Under the pieces are notes generated by a model that saw only the letters and a list, made by a program, of their open reading frames with translations, had not been told where the DNA came from and did not search any database. A stretch of 64,000 nucleotides of DNA, from the NCBI RefSeq assembly GCF_041601355.1, contig NZ_JBFIIH010000005.1:5-64004 (forward strand), read 5' to 3'. Below, in pieces: positions 39,162 through 49,091 of the stretch (positions are counted from its first letter, which is position 1; each line of letters opens with the position of its first letter). Source of the stretch: Neptunomonas sp. (GTDB taxonomy: Bacteria; Pseudomonadota; Gammaproteobacteria; Pseudomonadales; Balneatricaceae). The translations under genes and the position numbers were made by a program.

Positions 39162-39408
39162 CGGCTTATCAAAGCCCCTGAGTAGTGAGTTAATTGAATA
39201 TCCAGAGTAGCTGGTATTTTAGCACTTGACTATAACCGCTTAAGCAAGCAGGTTATGGCAATATAGCTGCGGCAGACAAAGCTGACGCGCCTGATACAGC
39301 CCCCCTTAGCTAATGACTTAATTACTGTGTTCCTCTATGGCTGCTTAATTTCAAATTAATCTCTGAAGTGACTATTATGTCAAATAGGTTTATCAAGGCA
39401 TATTTTTT

Positions 39409-41352
39409 ATGAAAAGTAGTTATCGGTTGGGAATTCGCGGCCGTTTTTTCCTCGCGTTTGGCGCATTGAGTGCCTTCATCATACTCGCCAGCATTGTCAA
39501 CTGGGTGTCGTATAACCGCCTTGGCAATGAATTGAACAGTGTGGTGGAGGGTAATATCCGCACGCTGAGTTCGATAGCCGATTTAAAAGAGCTAGGCACT
39601 AAAATAACCCTGATATCACCAAACTTATTGGCGGCGAAAGATGAACAGAGTCGTCTGGAAATTCGCCAGGAACTAAACCTTTATATAACCAGTATGGCTG
39701 ATTTACTGTCGAACATTTCCGCCGTTACTCAAGATAACAAGGCACAAAAAGTCCTCCTTGAGCAGACTGAACTGTTGAAAAAAACACTCGCTGAACTTGA
39801 TAGCAATGTATCAGAAAAACAGGATATTCAGCAGAAAAAAATAGCAGAAAACCAACTTCTCAGATGGATATCATCGAATTTCTTGAGCGATATAAACACA
39901 CTAACAGAGAGTGTGCAGCTCAATCTTTTTAACCGCTTCAACCAGGATTTTCCTGATTCCTGGATGCCCATCGACAACATCAGTGAACAAACCGTTAGCG
40001 AAATAAATGCTGATTTACAAAGAGTGTATCGCATCAAGGCTGATGTTAATCTTCTGATCAATTTAGTCGACCGGGCACAGCACTTGCCCGACCTGAATTC
40101 ACTTATTGCTACCCAAATTCACTCTGATGAAATCATCCAGCGTATCCAATATGACCTTGAGGCGGTGGATAGTTTACGTGGTGTACAACCCTTAAAAGAA
40201 ACCGTGGTGGATATTATTTCTCTGTCGAGGGGACAAAACAATATGTTTACCCTACGCAGTCAGGAACGTGTGATCCTGGAGTCAGGCAGGATGTTACTCA
40301 CCCAGGTCCAGGAAGAGCTTGGCCAGTTAAACCAACTGATTGCAATACAGACAGAAAAAACCGAAAAAGCGGCCCAAAGTTCGGTTTACAATGCCCGCGA
40401 AACCATCAAAACAGGGCGGACCTGGATGCTGTTAATGGTCACCGCGAGTCTATTGTTTTCTATTCTGGTTGTCTGGCTATATGTTGGCCGTAATATGGTG
40501 GCAAGAATTACCAGCCTGGATGCCAGCATGCGCTCAATTGCAAATGGCAATCTGGAAGAGCAAGTACAGGTAAAAGGCAATGATGAAATTGGCGCAATGG
40601 CACGTTCCCTGGTCAGCTTTCGGGATCAACTTTCCACGTTTCAGGAAGAGCTGGTACAAGCCGGAAAACTGGCGGCACTCGGTCAGTTATCAGCGGGCAT
40701 TGCCCATGAAATTAATCAACCGCTGTCGGCCATCGGGCATTATTCACATAATGGTCTGCGTTTACTTCACGCTGGACGCCTGCAGGAAGCTGAGAAAAAT
40801 TTAAACCAGATATCCAATTTGACCAAACGCGCCACCACGATTATTACACGCCTTAAATCTTTAGCACGTAAACAGCAAAATAATCTGGTTGTCGTCGATC
40901 TGCAGCGCGTGGTTGATAACGTCCTGATCATGCTTGAAGGTGATGAGGTCAGGAAATTAACCAACATAGAAGTAGTTTTCCCCATGCAGAATAACCTGGT
41001 CCATGCAGACCCTGTACAACTTGAGCAGGTTGTCCTTAACCTGGTTACCAATGCGCTGGATGCCATTGCCGATCAAGCAAAAAAACTGATTCGTATTGAA
41101 TGTCTGCATAACAACGACCGGTTAGAAATTTATGTAAGGGACAATGGACCCGGGGTTAGTAAAGAGCTACGCGAGAATATTTTTGAGCCGTTTTTTACGA
41201 CGAAACGACGCGGCCAGAGCCTGGGACTCGGCTTATCTATTTCTTTTAACATAATTAATAATTTTGCTGGAAAGCTGACAGTAGATGACGGCTCGGACAG
41301 CGGCGCGTCATTTTGTATCCAGTTACCCGAATACCGGAGAAGCAAGTCATGA
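39409..41352 (+). CDS. Sensor histidine kinase with a ~310-aa helical periplasmic domain, HAMP, DHp and an ATPase domain (DctB/NtrB-like class)
   Basis: TM segments near residues 15-35 and 345-365, a HAMP region, the H-box LGQLSAGIAHEINQPLSAI, the N-box VVLNLVTNALDA and the G-boxes RDNGPGV / GLGLGLSIS. Confidence 0.88.
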   Translation: MKSSYRLGIRGRFFLAFGALSAFIILASIVNWVSYNRLGNELNSVVEGNIRTLSSIADLKELGTKITLISPNLLAAKDEQSRLEIRQELNLYITSMADLLSNISAVTQDNKAQKVLLEQTELLKKTLAELDSNVSEKQDIQQKKIAENQLLRWISSNFLSDINTLTESVQLNLFNRFNQDFPDSWMPIDNISEQTVSEINADLQRVYRIKADVNLLINLVDRAQHLPDLNSLIATQIHSDEIIQRIQYDLEAVDSLRGVQPLKETVVDIISLSRGQNNMFTLRSQERVILESGRMLLTQVQEELGQLNQLIAIQTEKTEKAAQSSVYNARETIKTGRTWMLLMVTASLLFSILVVWLYVGRNMVARITSLDASMRSIANGNLEEQVQVKGNDEIGAMARSLVSFRDQLSTFQEELVQAGKLAALGQLSAGIAHEINQPLSAIGHYSHNGLRLLHAGRLQEAEKNLNQISNLTKRATTIITRLKSLARKQQNNLVVVDLQRVVDNVLIMLEGDEVRKLTNIEVVFPMQNNLVHADPVQLEQVVLNLVTNALDAIADQAKKLIRIECLHNNDRLEIYVRDNGPGVSKELRENIFEPFFTTKRRGQSLGLGLSISFNIINNFAGKLTVDDGSDSGASFCIQLPEYRRSKS

Positions 41353-41503
41353 AATCAGCCATGAAGGATGATCAGGTAATCGTCATAGATGATGAATCAG
41401 ACAGCGGCGCATCATTCTGTATCCTGCTACTAACCGAATACCGGAGAAGCAAGCCATGAGCTCAGCCATACATGATGGCCAGATAATCGTCATCGATGAT
41501 GAA
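41293..41503. repeat. Diverged tandem duplication (104 bp + 107 bp) of the kinase 3' end / regulator 5' start junction
   Basis: Copy 1 (41293-41396) is tcggacagcggcgcgtcattttgtatcc...gtcatagatgatgaa. Copy 2 (41397-41503) is tcagacagcggcgcatcattctgtatcc...gtcatcgatgatgaa. By eye they are roughly 80-85% identical with one 3-nt indel. Confidence 0.9.
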
Positions 41504-42823
41504 GAAATAGTACGCGAATCAATGATGCAGACGCTCCAGTTGGAAGGCTATGACGCTATCGCTTTTGAAAATCCGCTTGACGCTATAGCCGAGTGCTCCA
41601 CAAACTGGCGGGGCGTGATTATCTGTGACGTGCGCATGCATAGCATGGATGGTCTTGAAGTCTTGCAGCAAGTACTTGACATAGACCCCGAGATTCCGGT
41701 CATCATGTTTAGTGGTCATTCCGACATAGCCATTGCAATTCAAGCAATCAGAATGGGTGCTTACGACTTTCTGGAAAAAACAGATGATCCTCAACACCAT
41801 CTCAACACGGTGCAGCGAGCCTGGAAAAAGCGCCAGTTGGTACTGGAAAATCGCGCTTTACGGCAGGTGATTCAAGGACAGCACGAAATTGATAACCGCT
41901 TGGTTGGCCAGACAGCATCCATGTTGCGTCTTCGACAAACCGTTTTACAGCTAGCCCAGGTCGATGTAGACCTAATTATCAATGGTGCTACGGGTACCGG
42001 TAAGGAAGTGGTCGCCCAGTGCCTGCATGATTTCAGTCCCAGAGCAAAAAAAGCCTTTGTCGCACTTAATTGTGGTGCACTGACTGAATCCATCATAGAA
42101 AGCGAGTTATTTGGCCATGAAGCCGGCGCATTTACCGGCGCACAAAAAAGGCGGATAGGTAAGATAGAGTACGCCAGCGGTGGTACCTTGTTTCTGGATG
42201 AAATAGAAAGCATGCCGGCTTCTCTTCAGGTACGGCTGTTAAGGGTATTGCAGGAGCGGACTCTGCAACGCCTCGGTGGTAATGCAGATATCGATATCGA
42301 TATCCGGGTTATTGCTGCCTCTAAAATTGACCTGCGCGAAGCCTCTGATCAAGGAACATTCAGAGAAGACCTATACTACCGCCTCAATGTTGCGCGTATT
42401 GATATCCCTGCTCTTGATCAACGCAAGGCTGATATCCCTGTTTTATTCAGCCATTTTGCAGAACAAGCGAACCAGCGTTTCGCTCGTGAGAGTCAGGCTG
42501 TGCCTGAACCCTTCTTACGGCAGTTAAGCATGCAGTCATGGCCTGGCAATGTCCGGGAATTACGCAATGCTGCAGAACGTTGGGTGCTGGGGTTACCTTC
42601 GGCGCACGAAAGCAGCGTTGATACCGACATTCATCAGGCAACGAAAGAGGGCAATCTGGACGAACTGGTTGCCAGTTATGAGGAGGAGGTTATTTTAGCG
42701 GCGCTGAAGGCTAACAAGGGTCATGTAGAATTGACTGCCCAGGCACTTGATATTCCCCGCAAAAAGCTCTATCTGCGCATGAAAAAGTATGGACTGGATC
42801 GCAGCGACTTTACAGACAATTGA
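41456..42823 (+). CDS. Sigma-54-dependent response regulator (NtrC/DctD family)
   Basis: Receiver domain (IIVIDDE...ICDVRMHSMDG). AAA+ sigma-54 activator with Walker A GATGTGKE and the GAFTGA loop (HEAGAFTGA), plus LFLDEIESM. C-terminal Fis-type HTH. Confidence 0.92.
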   Translation: MSSAIHDGQIIVIDDEEIVRESMMQTLQLEGYDAIAFENPLDAIAECSTNWRGVIICDVRMHSMDGLEVLQQVLDIDPEIPVIMFSGHSDIAIAIQAIRMGAYDFLEKTDDPQHHLNTVQRAWKKRQLVLENRALRQVIQGQHEIDNRLVGQTASMLRLRQTVLQLAQVDVDLIINGATGTGKEVVAQCLHDFSPRAKKAFVALNCGALTESIIESELFGHEAGAFTGAQKRRIGKIEYASGGTLFLDEIESMPASLQVRLLRVLQERTLQRLGGNADIDIDIRVIAASKIDLREASDQGTFREDLYYRLNVARIDIPALDQRKADIPVLFSHFAEQANQRFARESQAVPEPFLRQLSMQSWPGNVRELRNAAERWVLGLPSAHESSVDTDIHQATKEGNLDELVASYEEEVILAALKANKGHVELTAQALDIPRKKLYLRMKKYGLDRSDFTDN

Positions 42824-42918
42824 ATTTACCGCCGATTGATTTTACAGCCCAAAGACGTGAACGATGAACGATTTGAGAGCGGCGTGTGTTAAAACTGACT
42901 CACCATGCCGATTTTTTT

Positions 42919-42936
42919 TGGGTCAAAACTGACCCA
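42919..42936. promoter_or_regulatory. Perfect palindrome TGGGTCA-aaac-TGACCCA, a candidate enhancer (UAS) for the sigma-54 activator
   Basis: Lies about 90 bp upstream of the sigma-54 promoter. A degenerate second copy (aaaactgactca) is at about 42890-42902. Confidence 0.5.
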
Positions 42937-43009
42937 TAAGAGATATTTACACTAACACCCAACCATTCAACTATTTGTTTTTTAACAATATTATTTACAT
43001 CTGAAAGTA

Positions 43010-43025
43010 TGGTACGGGGCTTGCT
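43010..43025 (+). promoter_or_regulatory. Sigma-54 (-24/-12) promoter of the TRAP operon
   Basis: TGGTACGGGGCTTGCT against the consensus TGGCACG-N4-TTGCW gives 1 mismatch. It lies about 60 nt upstream of the dctP ATG. Confidence 0.75.
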
Positions 43026-43085
43026 ATATAGAAAGACAGCAAATGCCATTGGTATCGCTAACAAACTTTTATTTGGAGAATAATA

Positions 43086-44066
43086 ATGAAATTTGTACCC
43101 AACCGAGCCGCAATCCTGATTGCATCCTTACTGACTCTCGGATCTGCGGGCAGCGCTTTCGCAGAAACGCAATGGCATATGCCAACGCCGTATGGCGATA
43201 CTAATCTTCCGACTCAGATCGCCTACCAGTTTGCCGAAGAGATCAAAAGCAACACCGCTGGCGAGTTAGATATCGTTGTCCATTCCGGTGCTTCGCTGAT
43301 CAAGCATCCTGAAATTCCACGCGCAGTCAGAACCGGTCAGGTTCAGTTGGGAGAGGTTTTTATCGGTATTATGGGTAATACCCACCCGGTCTTCAAACAC
43401 GATAACATCCCCTTCCTGGCAACAACCTACGATAGCGCCGAGAAACTCTGGAGTGCAGCCAAACCAGAAGTCGAAAAGCAGCTTAAAAAAGAAGGCATGA
43501 TGCTGTTGTACACCGTTGCATGGCCTGCCCAGAGTCTTTACACCAAAGTACCTGTTAACACACTGGCTGATATCTCAGGGTTAAAAATGCGAGCCTACAG
43601 CCCATCAACTTCCCGCTTGGCTGATTTGATGAATACCTCACCAACAACAGTGCAGGTACCAGAGATCCCACAAGCGTTCAGTACCGGTATTATCGATGCG
43701 ATGGTCACTTCGCCTTCCACGGGCGTAAACGGTCAGGCATGGGATTATCTGAGTCATTACACAGATATCCGTGCCTGGATCCCAAAGAATGTGGTTGTCG
43801 TCAACACCCGCTCTTTCAAGCGCCTGGATAAAAAGACCCAACAGGTCATTCTTGATGCTGCCGCGAATGCCGAAGCCAAAGGTTGGGCGGGTGTCAGAAT
43901 TAAAGCACTGGAAGATACGCAAATCTTAGCAGATAAAGGCATTATCGTGTCTGAACCATCCGAAGAGCTGATTGCTGAGCTGAATAAAATCGGCGCTACC
44001 ATGATCGAAGAGTGGAAAGCTGAAGCACCTGAAGTTGAAGCTATTCTTACAACCTTCAATCAGTAA
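43086..44066 (+). CDS. dctP: TRAP transporter substrate-binding protein (DctP family)
   Basis: Signal peptide (GSAFA-ET) and DctP-like landmarks (LADISGLKMRA, VPEIPQAFSTGIIDAMV). Followed by Q and M subunits. Confidence 0.88.
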   Translation: MKFVPNRAAILIASLLTLGSAGSAFAETQWHMPTPYGDTNLPTQIAYQFAEEIKSNTAGELDIVVHSGASLIKHPEIPRAVRTGQVQLGEVFIGIMGNTHPVFKHDNIPFLATTYDSAEKLWSAAKPEVEKQLKKEGMMLLYTVAWPAQSLYTKVPVNTLADISGLKMRAYSPSTSRLADLMNTSPTTVQVPEIPQAFSTGIIDAMVTSPSTGVNGQAWDYLSHYTDIRAWIPKNVVVVNTRSFKRLDKKTQQVILDAAANAEAKGWAGVRIKALEDTQILADKGIIVSEPSEELIAELNKIGATMIEEWKAEAPEVEAILTTFNQ

Positions 44067-44081
44067 TCAACGACGCCAACC

Positions 44082-44104
44082 GGCCCTGCGAAATCAGCAG
44101 GGCC
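44082..44104 (+). other. Intercistronic GC hairpin between dctP and dctQ
   Basis: GGCCCTGC-gaaatca-GCAGGGCC with no T-run. It may be a partial terminator or mRNA stabiliser that sets the binding-protein/permease ratio. Confidence 0.4.
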
Positions 44105-44123
44105 ATCACACAGGGTTGTTATT

Positions 44124-44642
44124 ATGCGCTCTCTACTCAACAAGCTCTATCTAGCATCCGGATATTTATCCGGCTTCTGTATTGTCCTGATCACCCTCAT
44201 TATTACCGCGCAAATTGTCGGCAGGATATTAGGTTTTATTGTGCCCTCTGCAGAAGATTTTTCAGGTTACGCGCTCGCCGCTGCGACATTTTTCGGGCTT
44301 GCCTATACCTTCCGTGAAGGCGGGCATATAAGAGTCACACTGGTTATTCAACACTGGAGAGAAGGCACTCGTTACATTCAAGAGTTATCGGTCCTTATTC
44401 TTGCGCTGTTACTGGTCTGTTTTATGTCTTTCTACTCCGTCCATATGGTTTGGGAATCATACATTTTTGAAGAGGTTTCTTCCGGGTATGTTTCGGTGCC
44501 AGTCTGGATGCCCCAGGTGCCTGTGGCATTAGGTATTCTTATGTTAAATATAGCTATTCTGGATGACGTTATTTCCATGTTAAGACGAAAGGCGCCTTCC
44601 TATAAAGCTCATGAAAACGAGCTTAATCTGGAGGAAATCTAA
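44124..44642 (+). CDS. dctQ: TRAP transporter small permease (DctQ)
   Basis: 172 aa with 4 hydrophobic segments, positioned between the P and M subunits. Confidence 0.85.
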   Translation: MRSLLNKLYLASGYLSGFCIVLITLIITAQIVGRILGFIVPSAEDFSGYALAAATFFGLAYTFREGGHIRVTLVIQHWREGTRYIQELSVLILALLLVCFMSFYSVHMVWESYIFEEVSSGYVSVPVWMPQVPVALGILMLNIAILDDVISMLRRKAPSYKAHENELNLEEI

Positions 44643-45949
44643 TGGATATGACCTTTATAGCCATCTCCCTGGCGGTGTTCATGCTGCTGATGCTGGCGCT
44701 GGGAGTATGGGTTTCTTTGGCGCTGTTTGGCGTAGGTGTATTAGGCCTGCTTCTGTCAGGTAACGATCAGATCGGTTTACTATTTGCCACATCGACCTGG
44801 GGGGCAAGTACCTCGTGGTCACTAACGGCATTACCACTGTTTATCTGGATGGGCGAAATACTCTTTCGTACACGTCTGTCAGAAGATCTGTTTAAAGGAC
44901 TATCCCCCTGGTTAAGCGGGCTACCCGGCAAGCTATTGCATGTTAACGTGCTCAGTTGTGGTATTTTTGCTGCGGTATCGGGCTCCTCTGCAGCCACGGC
45001 TGCCACCATCGGCAGAATGACATTGCCGGAGCTTAAAGCTCAGGGATACAGTGACAAAATGGCGGTGGGCACACTCGCCGGTTCAGGTACGTTAGGGCTG
45101 CTGATTCCTCCTTCGATTATCCTGATTGTTTACGGCGTGGCCGCAGAGGTATCGATTGGTCGCCTGTTTATCGCGGGTGCTCTGCCAGGGTTGTTACTGG
45201 TTACCTTGTTCATGGGCTACACCGTCATATGGGCCTTACTGAACAAAGACGAACTGCCCCAGCACGATAAATCGCATGTTTCCTTTGCGGCAAAAATCAA
45301 AGCCTTACGCTTATTGCTACCGATTATGGGCTTGATTGGTTTTGTACTGGGTTCCATCTACGGTGGTTTTACTACCCCAACCGAAGCCGCTGCGCTGGGT
45401 GTCGTTGGCGCACTGTTTCTAGCGGGTGTAACTGGCTCATTAAATAAGAGCAGCTTTGGAGAAAGTTTGACAGGTGCGGTCAAAAGCTCATGTATGATCG
45501 GCTTGATTCTGGCTGGAGCACACTTTCTGACCCTTGCGATGGGCTTTCTTGGTATTCCCAAAGCGTTGGCCGAATGGATAGGCCTTATGTCGCTCTCCCC
45601 CGGGGTGCTACTGATCTACCTGACCATTTTATTTGTAGCGCTGGGATGCTTCCTCGATGGTATATCAGTGGTAGTGCTCACTGTGGCCGTAGTATTGCCT
45701 ATGGTGCAACAGGCCGGTATCGACCTGCTCTGGTTTGGTATCTACATAGTATTAGTGGTAGAGATGTCACAAATCACACCTCCAGTCGGGTTCAACCTGT
45801 TCGTTATTCAGGCGCTGACCGGCAAAGACATTCTGTATGTAGCCCGCGCTGCACTACCGTTTTTCTTGCTAATCCTGTTTGCTGTGGTATTGATCTATCT
45901 GTTTCCTCAGATCGTGACTTATCTTCCAACATCAATGAGCGGACCATAA
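44642..45949 (+). CDS. dctM: TRAP transporter large permease (DctM)
   Basis: 435 aa, polytopic. Its start overlaps the dctQ stop. Confidence 0.9.
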   Translation: MDMTFIAISLAVFMLLMLALGVWVSLALFGVGVLGLLLSGNDQIGLLFATSTWGASTSWSLTALPLFIWMGEILFRTRLSEDLFKGLSPWLSGLPGKLLHVNVLSCGIFAAVSGSSAATAATIGRMTLPELKAQGYSDKMAVGTLAGSGTLGLLIPPSIILIVYGVAAEVSIGRLFIAGALPGLLLVTLFMGYTVIWALLNKDELPQHDKSHVSFAAKIKALRLLLPIMGLIGFVLGSIYGGFTTPTEAAALGVVGALFLAGVTGSLNKSSFGESLTGAVKSSCMIGLILAGAHFLTLAMGFLGIPKALAEWIGLMSLSPGVLLIYLTILFVALGCFLDGISVVVLTVAVVLPMVQQAGIDLLWFGIYIVLVVEMSQITPPVGFNLFVIQALTGKDILYVARAALPFFLLILFAVVLIYLFPQIVTYLPTSMSGP

Positions 45950-46051
45950 CCCATAAGATCGAGCCGCAACGATAGCAATAAGGAGGACCTAACGCTGAAT
46001 AGCGCCTGGCCCTCCCGTCCTACCCAAACAAACCCATTTGAAACTACCTCT

Positions 46052-46594
46052 ATGAATAACAATAATCAGATGTTGATTAGCCAATACATAAAAGCCAAAG
46101 ACAACAACAAACCGCATTTGATGAAGAGTGTTTTTTCTCAGCAAGCGACACTTGAGATGATCGTGCAAACGGACAACATATCATTTCCAGCCAAGGTGAC
46201 TGGCGTGGATCAAATCACACAGACACTGGTCAGCGAATTCAATACCACCTACGAGAATATTTATACCCTTTGTCTCACGGACACGGTGCAGCAAAAGGTG
46301 GAGCAAAACCAGCTCAACTGCCGCTGGATAGTGTGCATGACTGAAAAAACCTCCGGATCTTTACGCCTAGGCTATGGAGACTATCAATGGAATTTTGAGA
46401 AGAACGCCCCTGGCCTCGCTAATCATCTGGTCATTACTATCGAGCTGATGATTATTTTACCTCAGGCGTTGCAGCCCAAAGTATTATCCTGGTTTGATAA
46501 GCTTCCATACCCATGGGCTCTCTCATCAGAGCTGCAAGCAACCATGCCAGATATTGAACTACTCAGCGATACCCTACTGCCATTTTACCAATGA
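46052..46594 (+). CDS. Hypothetical protein (180 aa), possibly co-transcribed with the TRAP operon
   Basis: Clean ORF on the same strand, 100 nt after dctM. I recognise no motif. Confidence 0.5.
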   Translation: MNNNNQMLISQYIKAKDNNKPHLMKSVFSQQATLEMIVQTDNISFPAKVTGVDQITQTLVSEFNTTYENIYTLCLTDTVQQKVEQNQLNCRWIVCMTEKTSGSLRLGYGDYQWNFEKNAPGLANHLVITIELMIILPQALQPKVLSWFDKLPYPWALSSELQATMPDIELLSDTLLPFYQ

Positions 46595-46618
46595 CTCATT
46601 GAAAGGGAGCCTGATCAA

Positions 46619-47296
46619 ATGCCTACTATATTAATTACCGGTGCTAACCGGGGTATCGGTCTTGCTTTGGCACGATCCTATCGGCGGGACGGATGGCGCG
46701 TTTTTGCGGCCAGCCGTAACCCGGACGCGTCATTAGCAGAAGGAGCCGAAGCCGTGACTCTGGACCTAAGCAGTCCAGAATCGATCAAAGCGTTAACGTT
46801 AACACTAGCCGGCATCCCGATCGATATTGTCTGGAATAACGCCGGGGTTTATCTGGATAAAAATCAAGCCCTCGAACAAGTCGACAACCGCGACTGGCTG
46901 CGTTCGTTCGAAATCAACTGCATCGCACCTATTCGTATCGCAGAAGCCCTGGTAGAAAACGTCAGTTTATCGGAACGAAAAGTAATGGCCTTCACCACCA
47001 GCAAGATGGCCTCACTCACCGTCAATGGAGCAGGAGCCTACGCTTATCGTTCATCAAAAACGGCACTGAATATGGCAGTACGCTGCTTTGCAAAAGACCA
47101 GGAAGCTAAGAAAATCAGCTGTCTGCTGCTGCATCCCGGGCATGTAAGAACAGATATGGGAGGTCCGGAAGGCGATATTGACATAGCCACCAGCGTCGCA
47201 GGTATGCGAAAGGTGGTAGATCAGATGAGTCCTGCCTATCCAGCCGAAATGAACAAAGGCTACTTTGATTACGACGGCAGCAGGATTCCGTGGTAA
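46619..47296 (+). CDS. Short-chain dehydrogenase/reductase (SDR)
   Basis: ILITGANRGIGLALA cofactor motif, NNAG, and the catalytic YRSSK. Confidence 0.85.
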   Translation: MPTILITGANRGIGLALARSYRRDGWRVFAASRNPDASLAEGAEAVTLDLSSPESIKALTLTLAGIPIDIVWNNAGVYLDKNQALEQVDNRDWLRSFEINCIAPIRIAEALVENVSLSERKVMAFTTSKMASLTVNGAGAYAYRSSKTALNMAVRCFAKDQEAKKISCLLLHPGHVRTDMGGPEGDIDIATSVAGMRKVVDQMSPAYPAEMNKGYFDYDGSRIPW

Positions 47297-47368
47297 AGGA
47301 GAGAACAGCATTTCCCCTCCTCTTAAGAGAAGAAACCATGCTTAGTTCCAGAATATATATTTACAAAA

Positions 47369-47395
47369 AGCGAGACCACAAAACATGGTCTCGCT
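47369..47395. terminator. Hairpin terminator between convergent genes
   Basis: AGCGAGACCA-caaaaca-TGGTCTCGCT, a 10-bp perfect stem preceded by an A-run. Confidence 0.65.
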
Positions 47396-47405
47396 TACCA
47401 GGCCT

Positions 47406-48983
47406 TTAGACGATTCTGTTGCCATCCATTAACTGAGACACTTTCAACGGATTCCCATCGCGCAGAGCTTCAGGCAACAATGCCTGAGGCATATTCTGAT
47501 AGCATACGGGACGCAGGAAGCGATAAATTGCAGCACTTCCGACTGAAGTAGTCCGGGAGTCCGAGGTGGCAGGAAACGGTCCGCCATGAACCATGGCATG
47601 ACACACTTCAACCCCGGTTGGCCAACCATTCACTAACACCCGACCCGCTCTTTCTTCCAAGGCTGGCAGTAGTAGCTTAGCCTGCTCTATATCGCCCTCT
47701 TCCATCTGAAGGGTGGCCGTTAGCTGCCCTTCCAGCTTTACTGCAACGGACTTTACTTGCGCCATATCGTCGCATTCGATCAGTAAAGAGCAAGCACCGA
47801 ACACTTCATTCTGAAGTCGGTCATCATTAAGGAACACCTCTGCAGAAGTGGTAAACAGAGTCGCTTGGCATTGGTTGGGAGCGTCACTCGTGTCGCCGTT
47901 ACCGAGCGAGCGAACACCCGCGTTATCAGACAATGCTTTGACGCCTTGCTCGTATGCGCTATGAATTCCCGGAGTCAGCATGGTCTGAGTCGCGATACCG
48001 GAAATCACTTTACTTGTCGCTGCTACAAAGGTGTCAAGGGCCGGACTGCGGATGGCAATGACCAAACCAGGGCTGGTACAGAACTGGCCGGCTCCCATCG
48101 ACAAAGAGCCGATAAAACCTTCAGCCAGTGCCTGAGTCCGTGACTGAAGCGCTTCAGGTAATAAAAATACCGGATTGATGCTGCTCATTTCCGCATAAAC
48201 AGGAATCGGCTGAGGACGCGCTTGTGCTGTCGCCATCAACGCCATTCCACCACTACGTGAGCCGGTAAAACCGACGGCCTTTACCCGAGGATCAGATACC
48301 AATGCCTGTCCAACCTCGAAACCGGAACCAAATAACAGTGAAAACACACCCTCAGGCATCTGACACTGCTTGATTGCTGCCTGCACCGCTCGCCCGACCA
48401 GTTCAGACGTACCAGGGTGGGCAGAATGCGCTTTAACAATCACCGGACAACCGGCAGCTAACGCTGAGGCGGTGTCTCCACCCGCAACGCTGAATGCCAA
48501 CGGAAAGTTACTGGCACCGAACACCACAACCGGGCCAAGGGCGATATGCTGCTGACGCATATCAACTCTGGGTAATGGTTGACGCTCTGGCAAAGCCGGA
48601 TCAATACGGACATCTAACCATTCACCGGCGCGGACTACGGAGGCGAACAGGCGTAACTGCCCGCAAGTTCGGCCGCGCTCGCCTTCTAATCGGGCGCGAG
48701 GAAGGCCCGATTCGAGCATCCCGCGCTGGATCAGTTCATCGCCGATCGCCTCTATCTGGTCTGCGATAGTTTCCAAAAATGTCGCGCGCTGTTGCAGCGA
48801 TGAAGTTCGAAAAGCCACACTTGCCGACTCGGCTAACTCGCAAGCTCGATTAACTTCTGCAAAGCCGCCACTGGCATAAGCAGGCTCAAGGTGCTCACCG
48901 CTGGCAGGATTGACGGCATGAATGGGAGCCCCTGCTGCGAAAAAGGCATCTAGACCAATGAGTTGTTGACCTTTAGGTTGCAT
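47406..48983 (-). CDS. NADP-dependent aldehyde dehydrogenase of the alpha-ketoglutaric semialdehyde dehydrogenase (KGSADH) type
   Basis: N-terminus [10 protein letters not shown]...F.A.NPA.GE.L...Y......[39 protein letters not shown], and the catalytic Cys region GQFCTSPG. Start set at the ATG preceded by an AGGAG SD. Confidence 0.8.
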   Translation of the reverse strand: MQPKGQQLIGLDAFFAAGAPIHAVNPASGEHLEPAYASGGFAEVNRACELAESASVAFRTSSLQQRATFLETIADQIEAIGDELIQRGMLESGLPRARLEGERGRTCGQLRLFASVVRAGEWLDVRIDPALPERQPLPRVDMRQQHIALGPVVVFGASNFPLAFSVAGGDTASALAAGCPVIVKAHSAHPGTSELVGRAVQAAIKQCQMPEGVFSLLFGSGFEVGQALVSDPRVKAVGFTGSRSGGMALMATAQARPQPIPVYAEMSSINPVFLLPEALQSRTQALAEGFIGSLSMGAGQFCTSPGLVIAIRSPALDTFVAATSKVISGIATQTMLTPGIHSAYEQGVKALSDNAGVRSLGNGDTSDAPNQCQATLFTTSAEVFLNDDRLQNEVFGACSLLIECDDMAQVKSVAVKLEGQLTATLQMEEGDIEQAKLLLPALEERAGRVLVNGWPTGVEVCHAMVHGGPFPATSDSRTTSVGSAAIYRFLRPVCYQNMPQALLPEALRDGNPLKVSQLMDGNRIV

Positions 48984-49091
48984 ACTTTTGCTCCTGCTTT
49001 GTAAATAATAGAATAAGGGTTGTGAGTTAACGTACTTAAATATGAGCCCCGGCACGGCCACCCTGAGTGGCCGGCGGGTTGGGTGACGCCA

